From Paraphysomonas bandaiensis (Eukaryota > Protista > Chrysophyceae): a DNA stretch of 64,000 bases. The notes under the pieces are model-generated. The model was given only the letters and a program-made list of their open reading frames with translations, ran no database searches and was not told the origin of the DNA. Location of the stretch: the NCBI GenBank assembly GCA_965644295.1, contig CBFFRP010000254.1, forward strand, positions 40,000-103,999, in the 5' to 3' direction. Position 1 is the first letter of the stretch, and each line of letters opens with the position of its first letter. The position numbers and the translations under genes are program-made. Below, in pieces: positions 1 to 10,925 of the stretch.

Positions 1-764
1 GAAGACTGGAGAGACTTATGAGAGTGAGAACTAATCGGGGCCTTAGTATTGATATGTTGCTCAATAAAACAGTCTCCGTCAGTCGTTTGGAATTGCAGGT
101 ATGTAGGCGATGGTGCCCCACCGCCCCATCCACCCTCCAGAGAAAAGATATTTCGCTGGGAATATTTGGAAGATGGTGATGAAGATGAAATACATTCCTT
201 AGGAGCAATAAACTCCATTAGTTGGCCGAATATAAAGTGTAGCACTATAATCGACATCATCCCAAACAATCTGTAATAGCCATTCATAGTGCTTACATTG
301 ACGGGCGGAGGGGGAGATGTCATATGTTCGCACGATACCCCACTAATTGATGCTCCACTATCCATATAACACATTGGCATCTGTATACCCCAGTAGTATA
401 ATAAAGCAAGTGGCATTCCAATCGATGCAAAGGAAGCGTCGCTATACTGCCAGTTATTTCCCAAGTGAGCACGTAAAACAATAGAAGTTGTTATATACAC
501 AGCTATCAGCCACCTCCAATGAAGGAAATGATGTAACTGATTATCGAATGAACTCCAAAAATAAAGATCAAAGCACCCCAGCCAACTACATGTAGAAGAT
601 ATATGATATATGATTTGAGCAATGCGGTGTTGTATGAGGTGTCCTGATATGACGATACATACCACCAACACTGATAAAATAGGAGCAATTTTCTCACTAG
701 AAATAAGCGACAATAGCAGTAAAATCAATAGAATCGCACTCCATATCCGTGTTATCGACATCAT
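1..764 (-). CDS. Hypothetical membrane protein, spliced, runs off the left edge
   Basis: The minus-strand frame is open from ~585 to base 1 (WLGCFDLYFW...HWRWLIAVYITTSIVLR...GMMSIIVLHFIFGQL) with hydrophobic stretches. There is a GTATGT...TAG intron near 586-662. The 5' exon and start are uncertain. Confidence 0.4.
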   Translation of the reverse strand, partial: MMSITRIWSAILLILLLLSLISSEKIAPILSVLVVCIVISGHLIQHRIAQIIYHISSTCSWLGCFDLYFWSSFDNQLHHFLHWRWLIAVYITTSIVLRAHLGNNWQYSDASFASIGMPLALLYYWGIQMPMCYMDSGASISGVSCEHMTSPPPPVNVSTMNGYYRLFGMMSIIVLHFIFGQLMEFIAPKECISSSSPSSKYSQRNIFSLEGGWGGGAPSPTYLQFQTTDGDCFIEQHINTKAPISSHSHKSLQS

Positions 765-1515
765 GTCAGGATAAATGTGATTAACAGCTTTGTCTCTGTT
801 GTTTATAAGAGGGATGTGATATATAATCCACACTACAGACACTGACACTATAACAACACACTCAATAAAAAAGGAATACATATTAAGATCAATCATTTAT
901 GTTCTTTGATAGATATGAAGATGATAAGTGTTCATTATCAATCTATTAATACATAGTGATCTCATAGTGTTCTAGTTGGAAGCTTATATCTATATATATG
1001 CATGTATACACAGTGCTGGGCATATACATATATATGTATTTGAACAACACATACAACTTCAAGTAAACGTTCCATATAAAGAACGAAGTCCTTACAACGT
1101 TTGTATTCTTTAGGCCCGCGGTCTTTTCTCAGAGGCGTCCGGACCCTCTCACTTTTTCTACAGTTTTTTTCAGAGGCGTTCGGACCGCTAAAAAAAGTTA
1201 GGAAAAACTTATATCGGGTCCGGACTTTCACATGCAAATCCACAAGTTTTTTCACAAACCACGAACGCCCCTATTCAGACTGAAAACCACAAAAAAATGA
1301 CAACACAGTAACATATAGAAACACACGTTCCAATAACTACGACATCATATACAAGTCGTTTTTTTATATATATTTTTTACATATATGAATGTGCGTAGAT
1401 TTTATATGTATACTGGCTGTATACTCCTCCTCAGATATACAGATATCTGAGCTGAAATCTTAAACACATTTATTGATGACTGGGTGATGATGAGTCAAGT
1501 CAATGTACTTTAGAC

Positions 1516-1860
1516 TTGTTGCCTGATGTGGATGTATCTTCCACGCAATCCATAGAGGATAATAAGAATCAGCACCCAGTACTTGACAGAGCAATCAACG
1601 GACGAAAAGATCTCGGTCTTCGGATACTCTCAGTAACAGTACCTGCTGATGAGGTGATGATGGTGTCGATTCTTGTGGAAATCGGGGCCTCCCTTAAAGA
1701 AGATATTAAACTTGCTCAAGAAGTAGGTACTAGTGAGGAGTCTATTACGGAACTGAAGGTAAAGCTGAGTGAGACGATGAAGGTATCGAGAGAGCTCATG
1801 GAAGAATATCTTCGGAGAGTGTATGGTACTGTTGTACTACTCTACCATGGCAGATCTTGA
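1516..1860 (+). CDS. Hypothetical protein (acidic, helical); may be a gene or TE fragment
   Basis: 114-aa ORF with protein-like composition, preceded by a TTTAG acceptor-like site; no recognised domain. Confidence 0.3.
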   Translation: MLPDVDVSSTQSIEDNKNQHPVLDRAINGRKDLGLRILSVTVPADEVMMVSILVEIGASLKEDIKLAQEVGTSEESITELKVKLSETMKVSRELMEEYLRRVYGTVVLLYHGRS

Positions 1861-2435
1861 TACCATGTTTGCTTGCATTAAAGTTGTGACATCAATACCA
1901 TATTTAGTGATATGCTCTTTTATTTTGTGTTATTTAGATTAGTGCTTAAAAATAACATATAAAAGGCAAAAATACAAGCAATACCAAAGGAGGCCAGTCC
2001 ACAATACTAGTATGACAAATGAAGTTGGTAATTACTAAAGAGTTAACTACACCAACAAACTCAAGTGCACATTAAATACATAGCATGAGTATAGACATTA
2101 TCCATTTACTTTTCCTCAAGAATGGTGCAACTCCTTTACGTTTTGTGCTTCTCTTTCTCTTGTGACTGATGGATACAATGAATATGGAAGACTTTCTCTC
2201 ATGATATATATACAATATAAAATACACACCTAAATAAATATTGAAACAAATTATTATAAATATTTAGTACTTAATTCTTGGCGTGCTGATGCTAATATCA
2301 CGCGTTTCGTTCGACACACTCATACTGAGTTGCATAATAGCAGAGATAAATGTAACATTGTAGGTAATAAATAACTTCATCTCATTTAAATACAGCAAAA
2401 TATTGAGAACAGCACGAATCAATGTGTAGCACATT

Positions 2436-3524
2436 TTATTGTGCGTCAATTTCGATAGATGAAATAGCGGCATCCACAATCGTTGCGTTTCCTGCATTGT
2501 CAAGTAGTGCAAGTTTCTTTATGATATCAGATGTGCGATTAGATGTCGGTAAGGCAAGTGAGTCAATCAGTGTCTGAATACCAGTACCACGGGCGCGGAT
2601 GGTCACCTGATTCGCAAAAGAGTTACTTTCCTCTATTAAGCGAGTCGCCTCGTTTGCTGCAAATTCCAGTGTTGTAGTGGTTTCTGCGTCAATTTCCGCA
2701 ACTAATCTAGCTGTTTCCGCTCGAATAAGCACCACTTCTTGGGTGTTTTGCAGAATCTCATTGTTCTGAATCGCTATAGCGGACTCAAGGCTAGTTTCCA
2801 CGATAGAATCAGGCAGTTTAATTTCGCCCATTTTAAACAAATGTACTGGTGCATCTACTAGTACAGCTTTTTCAAGGACGTCATGCACAGCTTCAGCGAA
2901 CACTCTTTCCACTCCAGCACGATCATTTAAATAGCTGTTAATAGTCAAATCCGCGGCAACATTTTTTATTGTGGTCTTCGCATTCGTTTTAACTAAATCG
3001 TGGTAATTTTTTGAAAAAGAGTCATATATGCGACCGACATTTTCTCTTGGTAAGCGATAGTAAAAGCCAAATTCAACAGAAAACTCCAGACCAGTGTCGG
3101 TAAACACAACCTATTATCAAGCACGGTGAAACCATAGTACATCGAAATTTATTCTACTTACCACATCAAAATCAAGGCCGATGTAATTGGCGGGAAAATA
3201 GATGGTATCATAATTGAGAGGATAAAAGTATCGCCCTTGTTCATATACTTTACTCAACCGGACTGTGCCGTACACATCACGCAGTAGAGCATATTGGTCA
3301 TAATATACATAATGAAATGATGTTGGAAGAGTAGCACAAAGAACTATGAGACCAAGGAATACAGTAGTCCATTTGCATATATCACTGTCTGAACAGTAGT
3401 ACTCTGTTTCAGATTTCACAGGCTCTGAACGGACCACATCGATCCCTTCTGCTTGTCCAAGTGTGGTGGGGACTCCACCATAAGATGTAGGAACAGCAAT
3501 AGCTGATGGGGTTTGAGATGCCAT
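2436..3524 (-). CDS. SPFH/band-7 (prohibitin-like) membrane protein, 2 exons (3162-3524, 2436-3110)
   Basis: N-terminal TM segment, then SFHYVYYDQYAL...GRYFYP...FTDTGLEFSVEFGFYYRL...IKLPDSIVE and an Ala/Glu coiled coil. GTAAGT...TAG intron at 3111-3161. Confidence 0.75.
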
Positions 3525-5077
3525 AGGATATATCTTATGTCTACCCGCAGTATATATGCTATGAATCAGCCATATCATGTGAGCTGATGTGTGTAGATGC
3601 AGTGCTGTATATATCCATATACAATCTATATACTACTATAGCTGCTGCTTGTACAACTACCCACAAGGAATTCCTATACAGCTGTGTATATCTACTGTAA
3701 GATACAGCAGTCTGTGTACTCTGGTCGGAAAATAACGGGTTTTAAGAACATGCTTTTCAAAATATCAGATATTTTGGCAGGCATTCATTCACTGTTTCCA
3801 ACCAATATAGGGCTTTTTAAGTATAAAAAGCCAGGATCCAAATACTTCAAGGAGTAGCAGCCACATCTAGTATAGCACACCATCATACACAGCAGGAAGA
3901 GGAGGGCTTTGTAGAATAGCGACTCCTGGAACTGTTTCGTTTCATGACCTCCATGGTAAAGATATAAGCTTTATGAGCCGTAACAAGTATGGCTAGATTG
4001 CTCTTATCAATACTATGATGCACACGCAGGCTCAAGGCATGTGTGATATGTCGTGATACCACCTGGTGGGATGTCACCCGGTGAAAACTGTGGTTGCTCC
4101 CTTCGATGCTGCCATGGTTAAAGGAGCTATTCTTTTTGAGACAGCCCGAGGTGAGTAGGTATTATATGTTTATAATCGCGTGGAAGACTGTGAAACTATA
4201 TGTCATTGTGTGCAGTCTTTGGTCCCTCAGGTGAAAGTATGCTTTGTCTATGGGTATATACTGACACAACAACTTCAACCCTTTTACTAGACTTTCTCGA
4301 GTAATCGTTCTCGGTCATATGGGTGTGTAGGGCCTTCTCCCGAGGAGACCTGTGCAGGGCACAGATGACGCCAAAATATAGCATATCAGAACTTTATGCT
4401 ATTTCTAACTATATATATATAGTAAATATTCGACTTCTGTTATCGATTTGCTGTTGTGAGTAATGAGAACTAACTGCTATAATGGAATCTAGTACATTGC
4501 TTGTGTGGTGGATACAATCTCGTGCAGCTAGCTACTTGTCCTTATAGGAATATGAGGCTACTCTACAACGATGTGTTGTTTGAATGGTATTCAGGCACTA
4601 TTCATAATACAGGTATTTGAAGCGGAAAATAAAGGGGGTAGCTCACATATGAGATGGTGATTCATATTAATGGAGATCTGTGTATCTGTGAGTGTATTAT
4701 TAGAATCCCTTGTGCCACTCAACTATTCGTGGGCAGATGATGTTTTTCGGTATGTGGACATGTAGACACCATACAATCTACAGATCTACAGTATTGATAC
4801 TTATCGTCATATTTAAGTACATTTCTCTTGTAGGCATCTTGAATGTCAAAATGGCTGCGTCATGTTGAACATTATACTAAGTAATACTAATTGGACTACT
4901 ATAGTGTAGGCTATAGAGTACAGAGTAAACTGACTCACTGATGTTCGGCTAGAGTGACTGCTAATATTATTTAAACGCCACTCAAGCTATTCGATTTGAT
5001 ATTGATTACTAACATATATTTCTTATTAAATATTTACAACACAGTACATATTGTCGACTTATGTAGTTACGTAGTTA

Positions 5078-7039
5078 CTACCACGACGAAAGGACGGATT
5101 CTTCATGCTTCGTACCGTTTCGGTCTCCTGTAATACTACACTTAGAACTATTCCACTGACCTAATAACCGGCCGTCTCTCTTTGAAATCATTGCTTCAGC
5201 TGCTCTCACTCCATCAACACAAGCCGTCATAATTCCACCTGCGTAACCAGCCCCTTCACCTATAGGATACAGTCCATGGGTGTTCACACTCTCTAAAGTA
5301 TTGTCCTTTCTTTCTATACGCACAGGAGCTGACGTACGTGATTCAATTCCGACAAGTAACGTATTATCATCAATGATACCAGGAACTTTCTTTGAAAAAT
5401 GTTGAAAAGCATTAACCAAGGCAGTACACACATTCGACGGTAGGACAGAGTGCAGGTTAGTTCCCTTCAGCTTACCCATAAATATATGATCTGGAAGAGA
5501 ACGAATATATTTGTCCACGGCCGCACTTGACATAGATGAGTTATTGTGTGCATCGATGAAATCCACGACGCGCATTGCGGGAACAGAGTAGTCCCCTCCA
5601 CATGCTTCAAAGCATTTATTCTCCCAATACTGCTGGAAGTGCATACCAGACAATGGGCCACACGTGAGTGCCTCACGGCTACTATGTTCACTACTACGAG
5701 GAGTATAACCTTCAAAATCAGAGCCCCCAACTGTGACCACAAAAGCAGCATTTGCATAGCGACTGGCTCGGGTGGAGTAGCTCATTCCATTTACTGCAAC
5801 CTCCTCGTTTCCATGACTGGCGTTGACAATGACACCACCTGGACACATACAGAAGGTGTACACATTCCTCTTAGTCTCGTTGTCAAAATACTTGAGTGTA
5901 AATTCAGCAGCACCCAAGGTCTTGTGCAAAACATCACTACCATACTGTAAATTGTTAATGTACTTCTGGCTGATCTGCAAACGAAATCCCACAGCAAAGT
6001 CTTTAGCAACCATCTGCACCCCTGCTCTATGTAAGTGGGTATATATATCTCGTGCGCTATGTCCAGTAGCCAAGAATACATCTGATGCCTTAATAGCAAA
6101 GCGTGATGGTATATCACTAGAGCTTTCAGAGGTTTCCACTATACCATCATTCACTAGAGACCGATACGCTGCAACAAATTCCGCATCATCATCAGGGCGT
6201 GCGGTAGGTATGCGCTTCAAATTTACCCCAATAACTGAGCCATTGTCATCATTACTTTCCGTGGAAGTATTGTCGAAAGTGCGGTCAATTTGTATCTCGG
6301 TCAGCATTGTGTTATATAGAAATAACCCGCCTTTGGCTGCAATCCCATCTCGAGAAAATGATGTGATGATCTTGCGCAACTGATCCGTCCCTACATGAGC
6401 CCTTGACTCATACAAGATATTTCGCTTGGCACCAAATTCAATTAGCGTTTCATGAACAAATCTATGGTAGGGTGAAGATGTGCGAGTGGTTAATTTGCCA
6501 TCACTAAATGCGCCAGCCCCGCCTTCACCAAACACACCATTAGAGTTGGGAGTCAAGATATTGTGCTTCCAGAATGCCATAATATCTTTGGCTCTTTGTT
6601 CAACTCTCGGTCCCATTTCAATGATAATCGGCTTGAATCCAGATGAGACGAGTGTATAAGCAGCAAAGAGTCCTGCAGGGCCACTACCAATTACAATTGG
6701 CCGTTTAGATGTTTTAGTCCATAATACAGCATCTGACCCATGAAAATGTGGTTTGTAGGGTTCATGAAATTCAACCATTTTAGCTACTGAGCCACCTTTC
6801 ATTGCAGAAATCTTTCTCTCAGTTGTTGAATCTTGTAGTTCCACATGTACGTTATGAACAAGTCTGATATCTACCTTTTGGGATCTCTTTCCTCTTGTTT
6901 TGCGTGCATCTATCGATTTCCGAACAATATTAACATTCTTAATTTGAGATGACGAAATACGCAAATGTTTCGCTACATGTTCAACAAGAGATGCCGATGA
7001 TTTTAAGGGTTGTACAACTCCGTGTACTAATAAAACCAT
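5078..7039 (-). CDS. FAD-dependent oxidoreductase (COG2509-type uncharacterised dehydrogenase), intronless
   Basis: Motifs IVIGSGPAGLFAA, FGEGGAGAFSDGKL, HVGTD, LATGHSARD, YTFCMCPGG, NGMS, ESRTSAPVRI and GEGAGYAGGI. Confidence 0.9.
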   Translation of the reverse strand: MVLLVHGVVQPLKSSASLVEHVAKHLRISSSQIKNVNIVRKSIDARKTRGKRSQKVDIRLVHNVHVELQDSTTERKISAMKGGSVAKMVEFHEPYKPHFHGSDAVLWTKTSKRPIVIGSGPAGLFAAYTLVSSGFKPIIIEMGPRVEQRAKDIMAFWKHNILTPNSNGVFGEGGAGAFSDGKLTTRTSSPYHRFVHETLIEFGAKRNILYESRAHVGTDQLRKIITSFSRDGIAAKGGLFLYNTMLTEIQIDRTFDNTSTESNDDNGSVIGVNLKRIPTARPDDDAEFVAAYRSLVNDGIVETSESSSDIPSRFAIKASDVFLATGHSARDIYTHLHRAGVQMVAKDFAVGFRLQISQKYINNLQYGSDVLHKTLGAAEFTLKYFDNETKRNVYTFCMCPGGVIVNASHGNEEVAVNGMSYSTRASRYANAAFVVTVGGSDFEGYTPRSSEHSSREALTCGPLSGMHFQQYWENKCFEACGGDYSVPAMRVVDFIDAHNNSSMSSAAVDKYIRSLPDHIFMGKLKGTNLHSVLPSNVCTALVNAFQHFSKKVPGIIDDNTLLVGIESRTSAPVRIERKDNTLESVNTHGLYPIGEGAGYAGGIMTACVDGVRAAEAMISKRDGRLLGQWNSSKCSITGDRNGTKHEESVLSSW

Positions 7040-7681
7040 CAGAGTTTATGCAGTGACTGATTTACTTTAAATATACACAATACTGACTACAATCAGCTCA
7101 AATAAAACTTCATTGCATGGTCAATCCGTTAGAATTACTTCTTATTACATAAGTTAATACCATCAACGAAGAGATGATAATGAATAAGTATATTCTCTAT
7201 AGGAGTGTTACTGTTAGAGCAGCCGAGTGCTGATTGCTGCCTGTACATTTCAAGTGGAGTTGTTTCGTCCAATCAAATACATTGTTCCAAAAATATAGGA
7301 AATTACACTCACTAAACCTCCATAACTGCCTTTTTCTAGTTCTTAGTTCAAAATACGGATAAAAACTCTAAGTTTGTATTCTTCATACATAAAAGTATGT
7401 ATAAAAGAATTCGGAATACGATTTTAATGTTGTGGTATGTAGGTAGAGCATGTGTCAAGACTCATCCACTGCTGTCTGTATGTGTCTATATATGGAGGTA
7501 TCTATATGACCATTAGCACAAAGAACCATAAGAGTTAAGGATAATAACTCTTGGTCATTTCTTGTAGTGGGTAAAAGAGACCGTAACCGTAGAAGACTGA
7601 ATGCATAGTCATATGCTCATGTGCTGTTCATAAGCTCACATACATATATATATACAGATACATACATATTTTCTTGTAAAT

Positions 7682-9400
7682 ATGACGAGTTCTCCCATCC
7701 CTTCTACCAAACTCACTTCTCCACTTCACGATCTTACCCTCTCTCGACCGATAACTGCCGCTGATGTGATGAGTTTATCCTCACCACTGTCAAGGGCTCA
7801 GACTAGTACATCAGTGTGTCCTGACACTCATACTGCTGTATCGGAACTTAAGGATTTGAAATACAATATAGGGAAGTCTATCAAGACAAAAAAGAAGTGG
7901 AAACGAAATGAATTTGGAAAAATTATGTTCCATATGGATCAAGATGATATTCTACATGAGCATTGGGAAAGTTGGGCACAAAAGCATGGATACAAACTCG
8001 GTTCGAGGTTTAGTCTTCAAGAGGTCAGAGAACTACGGGAGTGGTTTGTTTCACTAGATAAAGATGGAGGTGGGACTGTCGGAATAGAGGAGCTGCTTGA
8101 ACCTCTCCTTTCAGCTGGAATATTCAGATCTAGAGAAGATGTAGAGGCTCTTATTAAACGCGTTGACGGTGACAACTCTGGTGATATTAACCTTGAGGAG
8201 TTTTTGTGTATGTTTGAAAATAAATCGATATGTGATGCGGATGGCGTTGAGCTATTAAAGCGCCTAACACGACCGCCCGAGGGGGGATTTTCGACACGAA
8301 TGGTACTGTCGGAGGAGCGTAGGAGACGTATGATGCGCGGAGTAGTGGATGAAATGGCGCACAGAACTTCAACGGTGGATGAAATAGTTCGACAATTAGA
8401 TGCCCCGTGTGAGACGGAGGGTGTAGTTGCAGGTACATTGCCATCCCATCGTGACACCCTGCGTCCCTCACACACTGAAAGGCCTGGAGCATTGTCGAGT
8501 GTTCACATGGGTGATATGAGTAAGAAACGTAGCAATCATCGTCGAAATGCATTACCGTCTGTATTGCTAGATGATCACTTCATCAGAGATGGACATAGAG
8601 TGCAACAGCGCAATATATGTTTGTATCTGGACAGTGTAAAGCGGATCGTAGCTGATCAAAAAGAGACAATAGCTGATGATGATGCGGTATCCACTACTTG
8701 TGAAACTGATACGTATGGTGTAAACCTTGGCAACATAGTTGAAGATCCTTCACTAGATGTGGGATATAAAGGCGGAAAGCAGGGCCGAATGAAATCTATG
8801 CAGCGCCTCAAAGCGGTGGACAGCGAACGGTATGGCATGGAACTGCATTCAACACTACAGAAGACTGATAGCTGTGACTATTCAATCTTTGACTCAAGCG
8901 AACTATATAATACGGTAGAAGTGTACCACGACGATCCCCATGTCAGTATTCGTGGAAAGAGACGAAATTTAATTGGTGAAAATTTGGCAGCACTTCCTCG
9001 TCAAACTAGTCGGGTTAATACCAGCAAGTCGAAACGCCGTCCGAAGCGATTTGATTCTCCACAGCGAACCCTGTCAGTGAAACTCTCAGTTAGTAAAATG
9101 GTGAATGGAAGCAGTGATGACTGGGATGATCTGTCTTTTGAAACATCATGTCTTGATTCGAATAATAGTCCATCTAGCTCTAGTACTGCATCGCATTCCC
9201 CCTTTCCCCTGTCCCCTATCCCTCGTCATATTGCGAGCTCAAAGCCAGATGGGGAAGATACGTCGCCCCCCTCGACTCTGCGCACATCTAATAATATTCG
9301 TAGCGCTTGGACAATATCCCCGAAGGATATTCGAAGCAATCGCCTAAAATCTATCACTAACTTTAAGAGACCAAAGAAGAAGAAAATTAGCATAACGTAG
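7682..9400 (+). CDS. EF-hand protein with long disordered C-terminus
   Basis: Two canonical EF loops, DKDGGGTVGIEE and DGDNSGDINLEE, in a 572-aa ORF. Confidence 0.8.
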   Translation: MTSSPIPSTKLTSPLHDLTLSRPITAADVMSLSSPLSRAQTSTSVCPDTHTAVSELKDLKYNIGKSIKTKKKWKRNEFGKIMFHMDQDDILHEHWESWAQKHGYKLGSRFSLQEVRELREWFVSLDKDGGGTVGIEELLEPLLSAGIFRSREDVEALIKRVDGDNSGDINLEEFLCMFENKSICDADGVELLKRLTRPPEGGFSTRMVLSEERRRRMMRGVVDEMAHRTSTVDEIVRQLDAPCETEGVVAGTLPSHRDTLRPSHTERPGALSSVHMGDMSKKRSNHRRNALPSVLLDDHFIRDGHRVQQRNICLYLDSVKRIVADQKETIADDDAVSTTCETDTYGVNLGNIVEDPSLDVGYKGGKQGRMKSMQRLKAVDSERYGMELHSTLQKTDSCDYSIFDSSELYNTVEVYHDDPHVSIRGKRRNLIGENLAALPRQTSRVNTSKSKRRPKRFDSPQRTLSVKLSVSKMVNGSSDDWDDLSFETSCLDSNNSPSSSSTASHSPFPLSPIPRHIASSKPDGEDTSPPSTLRTSNNIRSAWTISPKDIRSNRLKSITNFKRPKKKKISIT

Positions 9401-9433
9401 AGTTGTGCTACGTGAGCGCTGCCTTAACTTCAT

Positions 9434-9601
9434 GCTTGTGTACCTGTGGATGTGATGTGAGGCCGTATAGCGTTTGATCGCGTGGTATTTGTGATATTTC
9501 CACAACACTGTTCGAAGCTTGTGTACCTGTGGATGTGATGTGTGAGGCGGTATAGCATTTAATCGCGTCGTATTAGTGATATTTCCACTATGCTGCTCAA
9601 A
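9434..9601. repeat. Diverged tandem duplication, 2 x ~83 bp
   Basis: GCTTGTGTACCTGTGGATGTGATGTG...GTGATATTTCCAC at 9434 and again at 9517. Confidence 0.85.
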
Positions 9602-10079
9602 GTTTGTGTATGTTGTTATTTTTGTAATACGTAGGTGTAAAGAGTAGTATCAAACACATTATGTTTCAATCGTGCGGAAAACTACTGTTGGTGTTGTGTG
9701 CTGTATGAGATAAATATGATGGTGTTTGTTTATTGAACTGCTATAAGCCGTAGTGGTTATCAATAAATGAATCATTAATGATTTTAACTTTGCATACTTG
9801 AGAAGTATTACGTTTGATAAATCGGTTGATGTGATGCCTCTATTTATCTTATGAACATAATATAGCGTATAGCAGTACTTTTGTAATCGAACCAGCAACA
9901 CTACTGCAAATTATTAGTACTTAGTATCATTAATCAGCAGCTAAATACATTTGTATATTGTCTAGTACGAGTCATTAAAACAAGGGTCAGTCAACAACTT
10001 AATTTAAAACCACTTGATAACCAAACTTATTACGCTGCCAAACCAACACTACTTACTCCTTTGTTAATCTACCTTTTCC

Positions 10080-10898
10080 TCAATATTTCCAGAACTGAAC
10101 AGGGGCGTCCGTGGAGTTCAGTGGGGATACATATGTACTAGCTACTGAGTAATGTAAACTCGGTGGTATTTTATATTCCATACCATGATCCCTAAAGCTG
10201 ACACGAATTTTATCTCTTATAGTTGTCGGATAATCCCATTGTGTCGTTGGACTATCTGGACCGATTTTACGATAAAGAAATGAAAGCTCCGGTTGTAACA
10301 GAATAAAGCATGAGTTCTTAGAGCTGTACATATGACGAGAGTGATTTTGTGGGTAAAACTTTGCAAATGTAGTGATGAAAAAAGACACAGAGCTGTAAGT
10401 AAAGTACCACGACGTTGATCCCATACTTTTCATATTCATACAACGCAGCTCCAAGGGGTCATTATCGCTGATAACTTTAAGAGTACGCTTCAATGTTCGT
10501 GATAAAGATTCAACGGAGTGTCCATATTCCTCGCCCTTAATTTCATATAGGAACCCATCTATCAGATGCCCATTAGCCACTAGATGAGTGAATATACTTA
10601 AAGGGAATAGTGAGCTCTCAATATTACTCTCAAGGCTACGACTGCAATCAAAGTCTGTGGATCCCCATAAGATAGATTTTCTGGCGAATATACATGGAGA
10701 GTTACGTTTTGTTGATTCAAAGTTATTAATGGCATCACAAGATAGTGGGTTGTACGGTAACGGACCGGATCTGGGTTTTAATAACAGTATTGTACGTGTA
10801 GAAAAATCAGATTTAGTGTTTGCATACTTTGTTTTGATAGAGTAGTATGCTATAAGGGGTATAAGCGCACCTAGTAGTAAGAATAGATGGAGAACCAT
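10080..10898 (-). CDS. YqcI/YcgG-like protein with N-terminal membrane anchor
   Basis: Motifs SPCIFAR, WYFTYSSVSFFITTFAKFYPQNHSR, ILLQPELSF and IRDKIR follow the YqcI/YcgG motif order. The first ~20 aa are hydrophobic. Confidence 0.7.
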   Translation of the reverse strand: MVLHLFLLLGALIPLIAYYSIKTKYANTKSDFSTRTILLLKPRSGPLPYNPLSCDAINNFESTKRNSPCIFARKSILWGSTDFDCSRSLESNIESSLFPLSIFTHLVANGHLIDGFLYEIKGEEYGHSVESLSRTLKRTLKVISDNDPLELRCMNMKSMGSTSWYFTYSSVSFFITTFAKFYPQNHSRHMYSSKNSCFILLQPELSFLYRKIGPDSPTTQWDYPTTIRDKIRVSFRDHGMEYKIPPSLHYSVASTYVSPLNSTDAPVQFWKY

Positions 10899-10925
10899 CG
10901 CATCGGATCATGTGCCTGAATATGT

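Noticed and set aside
3780-4900. Coding-like patches with splice-like sites
   Set aside because: Frequent stops in all frames and no recognisable motif; cannot support a call.
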